DNA of 63,777 nt, the filler included, from Lama guanicoe (Eukaryota): assembly GCA_013239625.1 (NCBI GenBank). It is 208 parts of 208 records of this genome, joined end to end, with 100 filler letters (N's around TTAATTAATTAA, not from the genome) between each part and the next. Parts side by side here need not be neighbours in the genome. Positions count along the whole stretch, not along the records: positions 50,349 to 50,555 come from PNXV01034533.1; positions 50,656 to 50,862 come from PNXV01034534.1; positions 50,963 to 51,169 come from PNXV01034535.1; positions 51,270 to 51,476 come from PNXV01034536.1; positions 51,577 to 51,783 come from PNXV01034537.1; positions 51,884 to 52,090 come from PNXV01034538.1; positions 52,191 to 52,397 come from PNXV01034539.1; positions 52,498 to 52,704 come from PNXV01034540.1; 200 more parts are not named here. The stretch is one strand, 5' to 3'. Position 1 is the first letter of the stretch; every line of letters starts with the position of its first letter. Under the pieces are notes generated by a model. The model was not told the origin of the DNA and searched no databases. It was given only the letters and a program-made list of their open reading frames with translations. Shown piece after piece: positions 50,349 to 62,237 of the stretch. Position numbers and translations under genes: made by a program.

Positions 50349-50555
50349 GAGGTTGTTAGGTTTAGACGAGGTCACGAGGGTGGGGCCCCACAATGAATTA
50401 GTGCCCTTAGAATAGAAGGGAGAGTCACCAGAGCGAGCTCTCGCTCTGCCGTCCAAGGACTCAGCAAGGAGGAGCAAATTAGAAGAGGGCCCTCTTCAGA
50501 ACCCAACCTTGTTGGCAACCTGACCTCCAGAACTGCAGAAGTATATTTCTGTGCT
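50349..50555 (+). mobile_element. MLT1A-like LTR fragment
   Basis: TTAGGTTTAGACGAGGTCACGAGGGTGGGGCCC...ATTAGTGCCCTTA...CCTCCAGAACTG. Confidence 0.75.
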
Positions 50556-53500
50556 NNNNNNNNNNNNNNNNNNNNNNNNNNNNNNNNNNNNNNNNNNNNT
50601 TAATTAATTAANNNNNNNNNNNNNNNNNNNNNNNNNNNNNNNNNNNNNNNNNNNNCAGGACAGCATGAAACATGCAATCTGAACAGCGGAGAGAAGACAA
50701 TGGGCGGGGGAACAAAAGGAACAGAGCCCCCGGGACCTAGGGGGCGCTAGCAAAGGATCTAACTTCCATGATGCTGGAGTTCTGGGAGAGGAAAAGAGGA
50801 TGAAACTGAAAAAGTACTCCATTAAATAAAGGCTTAAGACATTCCAAGTCTCTCCAAAACAANNNNNNNNNNNNNNNNNNNNNNNNNNNNNNNNNNNNNN
50901 NNNNNNTTAATTAATTAANNNNNNNNNNNNNNNNNNNNNNNNNNNNNNNNNNNNNNNNNNNNTTTTTCTTGTGTCAACAGTACTGGGTTGTGAAGGGAAC
51001 TCTGAGGCCCCGGCTAAGGGACAGAAGCAGCCTCCAGACCTTCAATTGGTGGGTAGCATCTCCCCCAGCAAGGGCGTTGGGTTCTGCCTGGTTCTCTGTG
51101 TTTCTCTGTTGTGCTGACTTACCAGCCAGAGAGCGTTCTCCCTAGGCCTGTCTCCACAAAACCCTTCTCNNNNNNNNNNNNNNNNNNNNNNNNNNNNNNN
51201 NNNNNNNNNNNNNTTAATTAATTAANNNNNNNNNNNNNNNNNNNNNNNNNNNNNNNNNNNNNNNNNNNNAAAGCATTCAAGTTGAGTTATTTAAGTGTTA
51301 TGGTTGATTATGGGAACATAGACATTTCCTTAGTTCACTGCCTGAAAGAATGCCCTTGCTCCATTGATGTCACCCTGTAATTCTTATTTCAAGTGCTCAG
51401 TCATGGGAACTTTACAGTTGGCATAACTTTTCTTCTTTGACCACAAATTGGCTCATCTGCAAATCTGCAGGTCTTTNNNNNNNNNNNNNNNNNNNNNNNN
51501 NNNNNNNNNNNNNNNNNNNNTTAATTAATTAANNNNNNNNNNNNNNNNNNNNNNNNNNNNNNNNNNNNNNNNNNNNTTGGCATTAAAACGCTGAGGCAGT
51601 GTTTGTTTGGTTTCATATTATGGTGTATCTGTTGAAGGAGTGATCACATTTCCTTTTAGTCGCACTTATTATATCCACTGCTAGGCCACTGGGCCTCACT
51701 TCATATTTTGGGAATCACTGGTCACGTACTGCTATGTAATCCAGGCCGTATAACGACACTTTAGACAATAGCGCTAGCTGCGANNNNNNNNNNNNNNNNN
51801 NNNNNNNNNNNNNNNNNNNNNNNNNNNTTAATTAATTAANNNNNNNNNNNNNNNNNNNNNNNNNNNNNNNNNNNNNNNNNNNNTTGGCATTAAAACGCTG
51901 AGGCAGTGTTTGTTTGGTTTCATATTATGGTGATTCTGTTGAAGGAGTGATCACATTTCCTTTTAGTCGCACTTACTATTTCCACTGCTAGGCCACTGGG
52001 CCTCACTTCATAATTTGGGAATCACTGGTCACGTACTGCTGTGTAATCCAGGCCGTATAACGACACTTTAGACAATAGCGCTAGCTGCGANNNNNNNNNN
52101 NNNNNNNNNNNNNNNNNNNNNNNNNNNNNNNNNNTTAATTAATTAANNNNNNNNNNNNNNNNNNNNNNNNNNNNNNNNNNNNNNNNNNNNCACTGTGGAC
52201 ACTTGCCTATGACAGTCACGTCCCCTCTTGGTGGCTGCTTGGAGCTGGGCGTTTTAGAATCCTTTCATCACTTCTTTTCTCGTGTCAGTCCCTCTGCCCT
52301 CGGAGTCAGATCTGTGCCCTCCTCTTAACTTCCTTTAGTTTTAGCCCGATTGGAATAGTTTGATTATCACATGGCTCTTTTCGGCTCTGGCAAGGATNNN
52401 NNNNNNNNNNNNNNNNNNNNNNNNNNNNNNNNNNNNNNNNNTTAATTAATTAANNNNNNNNNNNNNNNNNNNNNNNNNNNNNNNNNNNNNNNNNNNNTTT
52501 TTTTTTTCTGTACAGACGTATAGACGAATATCTGAACCTTAAAAAAGTTATAAAAGTGACATTAAAGACGATGTGTATGCAAATGTTTCATGGTCTAACA
52601 TAGAACTGTAAGACCCATGAAGAAGTCCTAGTAACAGAGAAAATGTCAACAAAGCTTAGAATGCTTGAATCCATTTACTGCTTTTCTTCGGACTGTGGTT
52701 GTGGNNNNNNNNNNNNNNNNNNNNNNNNNNNNNNNNNNNNNNNNNNNNTTAATTAATTAANNNNNNNNNNNNNNNNNNNNNNNNNNNNNNNNNNNNNNNN
52801 NNNNAGAGGACTTACACCACCAAGTAGAGATGGTCCCTATACAGCCATAAAAATGACAACAGTGTGGTCTTGGAGCAGGGACAGGAAATTGATCAATGGA
52901 ACAAAACGCAGTGAGAAATTCACTAACATGTAGGTGGTCACTTGAGTTATAACATCAGCGGCGCTGCAGTACAGCGTGGAAGGGATGATCTTTCCAATAA
53001 ACGGTGCTGAGNNNNNNNNNNNNNNNNNNNNNNNNNNNNNNNNNNNNNNNNNNNNTTAATTAATTAANNNNNNNNNNNNNNNNNNNNNNNNNNNNNNNNN
53101 NNNNNNNNNNNACATGAAGAAAGTGACTGCCCTTGTTCTGATTAAAATTAAAAACAAAAAACTTAAAGGGTAAGTCAGACTCCTCCAGAGACTCGGAACA
53201 CTCAGCGCTCACACCACCTAGTTCATCCATGGACGGCGACACGAACAGGTACGCCAGGCAGCCTCACTGTGGACATCACCACGCTCATTTGCTGACTCTC
53301 AAGCCATCATTAATTTGCNNNNNNNNNNNNNNNNNNNNNNNNNNNNNNNNNNNNNNNNNNNNTTAATTAATTAANNNNNNNNNNNNNNNNNNNNNNNNNN
53401 NNNNNNNNNNNNNNNNNNACATGAAGAAAGTGACTGCCCTTGTTCTGATTAAAATTAAAAACAAAAATCTTAAAGGGTAAGTCAGACTCCTCCAGAGACT

Positions 53501-53725
53501 CGGAACACTCAGCGCTTACACAGCCTAGTTCATCCATGGACGGCGACACAAACAGGTACGCCAGGCAGCCTCACTATGGACATCACCACGCTCATTTGCT
53601 GACTCTCAAGCCATCATTAATTTGCNNNNNNNNNNNNNNNNNNNNNNNNNNNNNNNNNNNNNNNNNNNNTTAATTAATTAANNNNNNNNNNNNNNNNNNN
53701 NNNNNNNNNNNNNNNNNNNNNNNNN

Positions 53726-53882
53726 TTCTCCCAGAGAGAAACACAGCCTGCTGACACCTTGATTTTAGCTTGGTTAAACTTGTGAATTTTCCCCTAGAGA
53801 CCTGGAAAATAGCCAATCTGCTTTGTCTTCAGCAATCAAGTTGGTGGGACTTTGTTTTGTCAGCAATAAAAAATGAATACAA
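53726..53882 (+). mobile_element. MLT1 LTR 3' end
   Basis: CACAGCCTGCTGACACCTTGATTTTAG...TTTGTT...CAGCAATA...GAATACA terminus. Confidence 0.75.
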
Positions 53883-56800
53883 TTCCATCAGAGACTATGA
53901 AAACAATTAAGGACGTAACAGATTCTCCACCCNNNNNNNNNNNNNNNNNNNNNNNNNNNNNNNNNNNNNNNNNNNNTTAATTAATTAANNNNNNNNNNNN
54001 NNNNNNNNNNNNNNNNNNNNNNNNNNNNNNNNATCTGTGAACAGGCATGGGCTGGTTTGCTGACCCCGGGCTTAGAGAATAAGGTGCCGTTGGAGCTTGG
54101 CATTCAAGGCTTCCTGCGATCTTCCCTCAAGCCCTTTTTTGAGCCTTATCCCATATGATTGCCCTTCCCCTTCCTACACTCCGGTTTGGGAGCATGCACC
54201 CCAAACCACCCACGCTCCCCACCTCCATAGTACTGCCTTNNNNNNNNNNNNNNNNNNNNNNNNNNNNNNNNNNNNNNNNNNNNTTAATTAATTAANNNNN
54301 NNNNNNNNNNNNNNNNNNNNNNNNNNNNNNNNNNNNNNNGGAGCAGGGCAGGAGGAGACTGTGCGCTGTGTGCTGCCAGCTGGAACACGAGAATGAGCCC
54401 TGGAGCCCTGGCAGCCTTCCCCTTCGTGAAGGAGGGGGCAGCCCCAGCCCTGGCTGCACGGCGCCTTCATGAGCATTAGATGAAAGCACTCCCATGGGTG
54501 TGTGGGTAAGGACAAGGGGTCCCCGCTGGGCACATGCCACAGGAGCNNNNNNNNNNNNNNNNNNNNNNNNNNNNNNNNNNNNNNNNNNNNTTAATTAATT
54601 AANNNNNNNNNNNNNNNNNNNNNNNNNNNNNNNNNNNNNNNNNNNNACTTACCTGCTGCCATCCTTCAGACCTGCCTATGGTAGCATGACAATGGAATGC
54701 CCCTCATTCAAAGACAGAGAGTAAGATGCGGTAAACAATACTGTGTCACTAGGTTTCTCATCTACAGTCAGGATTCTCTCTTTTTTAAGCGCATGCTTAC
54801 AAAATGTTCGATGGAGAATGGAGAATTTTAAACGTCCTCTCCATCCCTGAAATNNNNNNNNNNNNNNNNNNNNNNNNNNNNNNNNNNNNNNNNNNNNTTA
54901 ATTAATTAANNNNNNNNNNNNNNNNNNNNNNNNNNNNNNNNNNNNNNNNNNNNTGGATTCTCTGGTCGGCTTTCCTAAATGGTCTAGACTGGGTACTGTC
55001 CTCACCAGAAGAGGGAGCTATGAATTAGCTTCCCTGTCCTAGCAGGGCTGCAGAATGTGCCCCAGGGTGGCCAGCAGGGCTCATGGCTTAGGGTCCTGAT
55101 TCAAACAAGACTGTGCACTGAATCCTCTGGCCAGAAGGGGACCCCTGGTTTTGATGTGTCNNNNNNNNNNNNNNNNNNNNNNNNNNNNNNNNNNNNNNNN
55201 NNNNTTAATTAATTAANNNNNNNNNNNNNNNNNNNNNNNNNNNNNNNNNNNNNNNNNNNNCACCGCAGCGATGCTCTGTGTGGGTTACTGCCTGTCGGTG
55301 GACAAAGGATCATTCAGAGTTTCTGGATTTGTTCAAAATGTCACCTTTACAATCAGCCCTCATTTCCTGTTCACATTTCATCTTCAAAAGAGCATCTGCA
55401 AATCTACAGGTATCATATCTACTGCTAAAGTTTATAGACTGGATCCTTAATAATTTATCATTAATTCNNNNNNNNNNNNNNNNNNNNNNNNNNNNNNNNN
55501 NNNNNNNNNNNTTAATTAATTAANNNNNNNNNNNNNNNNNNNNNNNNNNNNNNNNNNNNNNNNNNNNGGCTGGCTGATCTGAGAGGTTTATCTCTGCCAT
55601 GGGGTGGTCAGGCCCCCGGAGTCTGGACCTGGGATCAGGCCCCTACCCTGCTGCCTTCCAGACACAGGCTTAGGCAGAGGTGAGGTTGCACAGCTCTGCC
55701 AGCCACCAGCAGTCCTTACTCAATAGGTTACAGTTTGCTGGACTTAATTACTTTAAAATTATTAACTTCAGCTGNNNNNNNNNNNNNNNNNNNNNNNNNN
55801 NNNNNNNNNNNNNNNNNNTTAATTAATTAANNNNNNNNNNNNNNNNNNNNNNNNNNNNNNNNNNNNNNNNNNNNCTATGATATAAGCAGAGATAGGCAAA
55901 GATTATGAGATGGGGTCCTGACCGCCAAAGATGATGTCATGATCCTCTTAAAAGTGTGTAAATATCTGGCCCCTTCTGATGCCTCCTTATCAGCACTATG
56001 GAAGAACATCATCAGAGGAGTCACTCAACCACGAGACTTGGAGCACAGAGAGCCACATCTTGCCTGCATTGAGCAGTTAGANNNNNNNNNNNNNNNNNNN
56101 NNNNNNNNNNNNNNNNNNNNNNNNNTTAATTAATTAANNNNNNNNNNNNNNNNNNNNNNNNNNNNNNNNNNNNNNNNNNNNCTTTCTTAGCATTCCCAGA
56201 ATTAAAGTAGCTTCATAACATTTTAACTGTGTGATAATTTCCAACTTACAAGAATCTCTTTAGACTTTAAATCAGCCCTTAATAATTAGTAAGGTTTTAT
56301 TGAACCCTCACTCTGTGCCTCGTACCACGCTGGCCACTGTTAGAACACAAAGATGTCATAAGATGTGTTCCTTCTTTACGGGGATTATNNNNNNNNNNNN
56401 NNNNNNNNNNNNNNNNNNNNNNNNNNNNNNNNTTAATTAATTAANNNNNNNNNNNNNNNNNNNNNNNNNNNNNNNNNNNNNNNNNNNNCCCACACTCCCT
56501 ACTTTCCAACCAAGGAGACCCACCTGCAATGCCTTTACTTTCCCATCTGTGCTAGTATCTTACCCGACGTGTCATCTAATTCTTAAAGCAACTTTTCAAG
56601 CTATTATTACTCCCATTTTGCAGATGAGGAAAATGAAGTTCAGGGAGCCTCAACCATAGTACGGAATACTACACAGTCACTAAAATTGTGTTTCANNNNN
56701 NNNNNNNNNNNNNNNNNNNNNNNNNNNNNNNNNNNNNNNTTAATTAATTAANNNNNNNNNNNNNNNNNNNNNNNNNNNNNNNNNNNNNNNNNNNNATTCC

Positions 56801-58025
56801 TTTCCAGGCCATTGTGTGGTGCACAGCAGGCTGCTGGAGCTGGGGGGCTCCTGCTGTGGAAGCCCTGTTTAGGTAAATGTCACTGCTCTTAGACGGAAAA
56901 GAACTTGGCTAAGTCACAACTTCAGAAGCAGCTGAGATGGCCTCATCTTAAATGTTTTATCTGGCAATTTGAAAGCATATGTTTACTGTATGCTTTTGGA
57001 ACNNNNNNNNNNNNNNNNNNNNNNNNNNNNNNNNNNNNNNNNNNNNTTAATTAATTAANNNNNNNNNNNNNNNNNNNNNNNNNNNNNNNNNNNNNNNNNN
57101 NNATTCTTCATCCTTCTGTCTCTATTCTATGGAATTAAGGAAAATGTAAAACTAAATGTGAGTAGATATTGTTTCTCAGAGTCTTGGGAACCTTAGAATT
57201 TGTACATTCAGATTTTCGTTGCCCCTAATGACACCCCGCCCTCTCTCCCCCAGCTTCACATAGCTTTCATCTGTCAGGAAGCAATCCCTCTTGATGGGCC
57301 AACTTTAATNNNNNNNNNNNNNNNNNNNNNNNNNNNNNNNNNNNNNNNNNNNNTTAATTAATTAANNNNNNNNNNNNNNNNNNNNNNNNNNNNNNNNNNN
57401 NNNNNNNNNCACCGCCTCTACCTGGTTAGCTCAAACTTATTGTCTGAATCCAAATTTATTGTTTTCTTTCAAAGCCCGCACACAGACTTATATTTTTTAT
57501 TTCATTGAAATGCATTATCATCACTAGCTGCTCAAGCCAGAAATCGACATTTGTACCTTCGGTGGGCGGGGACTAGCTTTCAGGGTGCAAGGGGCATGGG
57601 GTCGGCACCAGTGTGCCNNNNNNNNNNNNNNNNNNNNNNNNNNNNNNNNNNNNNNNNNNNNTTAATTAATTAANNNNNNNNNNNNNNNNNNNNNNNNNNN
57701 NNNNNNNNNNNNNNNNNACATCATTCAGCTGACTCAAAACTGAATCAAAATAAAGAATTTACATTATAAAATAATTGACGGTGAGCTTGGAAATCATTTC
57801 ACAGGGAACTGAGCCTAAATACATGTACAACGTGGTTGTGAAATGCACTGACGTGTAAATTGCATGTGTAAATTATACATGGTTACACGTACTATCACAT
57901 GTGTGTGATATACATGTGTAATGTGNNNNNNNNNNNNNNNNNNNNNNNNNNNNNNNNNNNNNNNNNNNNTTAATTAATTAANNNNNNNNNNNNNNNNNNN
58001 NNNNNNNNNNNNNNNNNNNNNNNNN

Positions 58026-58233
58026 ACATCCTCCTCCTCCTCTTCCACCTCCACCTCCTCCTCCACCTCCTGCTCCTCCTCCGCCTCCTGCTCCTCCTCC
58101 ACCTCATCCTCCTCCTGCACCTCCTTTTGCACCTCCTCGTCCTCCACCTACTACTCTACATTTCTTCCTCTCTTGCCAACTCCTCCTCCTCCTCCACCAC
58201 CTCCTCCTCCACGTCCTCCTCCTCCTCCTCCTC
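58026..58233. repeat. Degenerate (CCT)n/(GAG)n triplet low-complexity tract
   Basis: CCTCCT/CCACCT reiterations across the whole contig. Confidence 0.95.
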
Positions 58234-59257
58234 NNNNNNNNNNNNNNNNNNNNNNNNNNNNNNNNNNNNNNNNNNNNTTAATTAATTAANNNNNNNNNNN
58301 NNNNNNNNNNNNNNNNNNNNNNNNNNNNNNNNNCAAAGCCATTTTCACGCGGACATAAGTGAAGCCAAGAGACCCCTGTCCCGAGCTCACGTGTCCAATG
58401 CGTGCACTTCAACGCAGGTGGACCTGGCTCGTGTGTCTGTGAAGTTCACCTTTTGAGGCCTGGACTGTGTCTGCCTCGTGTTAGGGTAGTTTTACGCCCG
58501 GATGTCTGTCATCTCCAAAATTATAAGCCCGTGGCCCGTTTNNNNNNNNNNNNNNNNNNNNNNNNNNNNNNNNNNNNNNNNNNNNTTAATTAATTAANNN
58601 NNNNNNNNNNNNNNNNNNNNNNNNNNNNNNNNNNNNNNNNNTGCGTCAACAGGCGGCAGCCGCCCTCTGCACTTCCCAAAACCACCACCGATCAGCCACA
58701 GGTTTCCTCTACACACTTAAGGATGCCATCGTCGAGCAGCCGCAGCTTCATCTCTCCATTCCCAGCACGACGTCATCAATTACCTGACGCTTCTCTTTCG
58801 CACTCCTAAGGACCCCGAGTCAACTGCTCACAGCTCGCACTCTTGTGTCNNNNNNNNNNNNNNNNNNNNNNNNNNNNNNNNNNNNNNNNNNNNTTAATTA
58901 ATTAANNNNNNNNNNNNNNNNNNNNNNNNNNNNNNNNNNNNNNNNNNNNAGCCCCACTCAGCAAAGCGTGCACACGCCATTCGTCTAAGAGAGCCTGAAT
59001 GGCTTTCATGGGTAGTGGGCTGACATATCACCCTTGACACATGGCACGTAGGGAAGATGCTTGACCTGGCCTTGCGACCCTTTGGGCGGCGCAGGGATGC
59101 GGATGTCTACTGCCACGCCCGCCAAGCTGCACAGGGGACCCTCTGGACCCAGTGGTGNNNNNNNNNNNNNNNNNNNNNNNNNNNNNNNNNNNNNNNNNNN
59201 NTTAATTAATTAANNNNNNNNNNNNNNNNNNNNNNNNNNNNNNNNNNNNNNNNNNNN

Positions 59258-59465
59258 TTTCTGGATATATTACAGTTTATGTATCCATTCTCCTACTAGA
59301 AGACAGCTTGGCTGCTTCCAAGTTTTGATAATTATGAATAAAGCTGCTATCAACATCTTTGTGCAGGTTTCATGTGAGTGTAACTTTCAGTTCCTTTGGG
59401 TAAATACCAAAGAGTGTGATTCCTACATTGTATGATAAGAGATGTTGAGTTTTTAAGAAACTTCC
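59258..59465 (-). mobile_element. L1M ORF2 end fragment
   Basis: TTGGCTGCTTCCAAGTTTTG...ATGAATAAAGCTGCTAT...TTTGGGTAAATACC; similar to 36841-36995. Confidence 0.8.
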
Positions 59466-59565
59466 NNNNNNNNNNNNNNNNNNNNNNNNNNNNNNNNNNN
59501 NNNNNNNNNTTAATTAATTAANNNNNNNNNNNNNNNNNNNNNNNNNNNNNNNNNNNNNNNNNNNN

Positions 59566-59760
59566 TTGCAAGGTTGCTTTCCTTTAAGGGATGGACATCA
59601 GGCAAATTACGTAACTGATGCTGATCAGGTGATTCCTGATTGACTGGAATTTAAGATTCCATTTCTTGAAGAGCTGACACTAATAGAAGTTAAGTATCAG
59701 TTTGATGACGTGGGGTTTAGCATGAGTGATTCCACTGGGGCTGTCGTTTCGTTTCTGACA
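59566..59760 (-). mobile_element. MER34-like ERV1 LTR 5' part
   Basis: Reverse complement TGTCAGAAAC...TGGAATCACTCATGCTAAACCCCACGTCATCAAACTGATACTTAA resembles the recalled MER34-group LTR start. Confidence 0.6.
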
Positions 59761-60489
59761 ACGGTAAATGGAANNNNNNNNNNNNNNNNNNNNNNNNNNN
59801 NNNNNNNNNNNNNNNNNTTAATTAATTAANNNNNNNNNNNNNNNNNNNNNNNNNNNNNNNNNNNNNNNNNNNNAGGGGATTTAATGAGGTGGAGAAGACA
59901 GGCAGGATGGAAAAAAGAGAAGGTGCTTGCTTTGATAGAGGCAAAAAGTGGAGGAGGAGGAGGGGTTGGAACGAAAGACAGCTGATTCGTTTGATCCCCT
60001 CAAACATTTTCATCACCTCCAAAGGTCAGACACTGAAGCCAAGTTAGGCACCTTGGGAAGTAAATGGGCGAGAACTTCAGTNNNNNNNNNNNNNNNNNNN
60101 NNNNNNNNNNNNNNNNNNNNNNNNNTTAATTAATTAANNNNNNNNNNNNNNNNNNNNNNNNNNNNNNNNNNNNNNNNNNNNTGTCATTCAGTAGGACTCT
60201 TGAAGAATTGCACCAAGAGGTGGTGAACCAGGGGACACATATCCCAGCAGGACTGAGGTGTGAGCCACGCAAGGTGCTCCCTGCCATAGCTGCAGGCTTT
60301 GTGTTGCTAGTTTCCATCAGATCTAGGGCTTCTATCAGTGCCCCTTAGGATGAGCTTTGAAAGAGGGTGACATTTGCCTTTTCTCTGTTNNNNNNNNNNN
60401 NNNNNNNNNNNNNNNNNNNNNNNNNNNNNNNNNTTAATTAATTAANNNNNNNNNNNNNNNNNNNNNNNNNNNNNNNNNNNNNNNNNNNN

Positions 60490-60697
60490 CTCCTGGTTTT
60501 CTTCCTGCTTCCCTAGCTGCCCATCCTCAGTCTTGCTCGGGACTGGCTCCTCTTCTTCCCAACCTCTGGACAGCAGAGCGTCCCAGGGCCCTGTCCTCAG
60601 ACCGACCGCCCTTCTCTCTAGACTCATGCCCCAAACGGTCTTCTCTTGCCCCATGGTTTTAAGTGTACCTCCCTGCACGCACTGACTCCCAAAGGCA
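60490..60697 (+). mobile_element. LINE-2 RT fragment
   Basis: CTCCTGGTTTTCTTCC...GTCCCAGGGCCCTGTCCTC (GVPQGSVLGP-like) ...CCATGGTTTTAA...TGACTCCCAAA (YADDSQ-like). Confidence 0.75.
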
Positions 60698-62029
60698 NNN
60701 NNNNNNNNNNNNNNNNNNNNNNNNNNNNNNNNNNNNNNNNNTTAATTAATTAANNNNNNNNNNNNNNNNNNNNNNNNNNNNNNNNNNNNNNNNNNNNATG
60801 AATTTTTCATAAGACTAATCATGTGTGGATTCAGGTTTCTCCATCCACAGTCAACTCCACAAGGTCAGGCGTGGGGAAGTGAGAGGTGGTGGTTGCAAGA
60901 ATGAGTTGCCTCATGCTTCTAAGAGTGAGACCAGTAGGCCTCAGCCCCGCTGCCCCGTCTGTGCTTTGAAAAACTTGCAGAGCTCAAAAAGTATTTATTT
61001 TTATANNNNNNNNNNNNNNNNNNNNNNNNNNNNNNNNNNNNNNNNNNNNTTAATTAATTAANNNNNNNNNNNNNNNNNNNNNNNNNNNNNNNNNNNNNNN
61101 NNNNNAGAGTCTAACACAAATGGAAAATGAAAGGCATGGCTCCTTATTAAGAGCATCTGTGTGTTCAAGCCTGGCCATCCTTTGCCAGGCCTGCTGTTCC
61201 CAGTCCAGAAGCGACTTCACTGCAGACAGGAAGAGGAGGTCTCATGAATAAATCATGCTGCCCGATATTCCTATAGTTTTTAGATGACAGGCCAACTCTT
61301 TGCAGGAAGTGAANNNNNNNNNNNNNNNNNNNNNNNNNNNNNNNNNNNNNNNNNNNNTTAATTAATTAANNNNNNNNNNNNNNNNNNNNNNNNNNNNNNN
61401 NNNNNNNNNNNNNAAATAAAACTTTCAAGCTTACTTCTTATAAAAGTGTATTTTAAAATTGTCTGTTAAAAATCTCTGCTAAGAGATTGGAAAGTCAATG
61501 CGTAGGCTGGTAAACTATATTTCCAGTGCATATTTTGGAAAAAGGACTCAAGTGCAAAATGCATTAAAAACTCTTATGAGTCAATGAGAAAAGAAAACAG
61601 TTAATGAAAATGGCAAAGCATNNNNNNNNNNNNNNNNNNNNNNNNNNNNNNNNNNNNNNNNNNNNTTAATTAATTAANNNNNNNNNNNNNNNNNNNNNNN
61701 NNNNNNNNNNNNNNNNNNNNNAAAAACCAACAAAAATCACACAATTCTTGATAGTTTAAAATATTTTTTTAATTTTTTTTAATCATTTGACCCTATATTT
61801 TTTAAATGTATATCTTTATGACATACTTCTTTTCTCCTATGATTTCTAGTCAGTTTGGATGTTTGGGTTTTTTTTTTTTTAAACTCCACTTACTTAATCC
61901 TAAAAAATACTTACTTTATTCCTTCATATNNNNNNNNNNNNNNNNNNNNNNNNNNNNNNNNNNNNNNNNNNNNTTAATTAATTAANNNNNNNNNNNNNNN
62001 NNNNNNNNNNNNNNNNNNNNNNNNNNNNN

Positions 62030-62237
62030 CAGAGCCCAGAAATAAACCCATACATATATAGTTAATTTTCAATAAAGGAGGCAAGAATATACATTGGGGA
62101 AAGGGCAGCCTCTTCAAATAATGGTGCTGGGAAACTGGATAGTCAAATGCCAAAGAATGAAACTGGACCACTATCTTCCATATGTATCGCCATACCCAGA
62201 GATTAACTCAAAATGGGTTACAGATTTGAACATAAGT
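62030..62237 (+). mobile_element. LINE-1 ORF2 fragment
   Basis: AGCCCAGAAATAAACCCA...CAGCCTCTTCAAAT..TGGTGCTGGGAAACTGGA...AAAGAATGAAACTGGACC. Confidence 0.9.

Noticed and set aside
58026..58233. Glu-rich protein exon on the minus strand
   Set aside because: The GAG frame is broken by a frameshift and TAG codons around 58148-58162; simple low-complexity DNA is the simpler explanation.
59706..59713. TGACGTGG (UPRE/CRE-like) site
   Set aside because: A single 8-mer inside an LTR with no linked gene; function cannot be supported.
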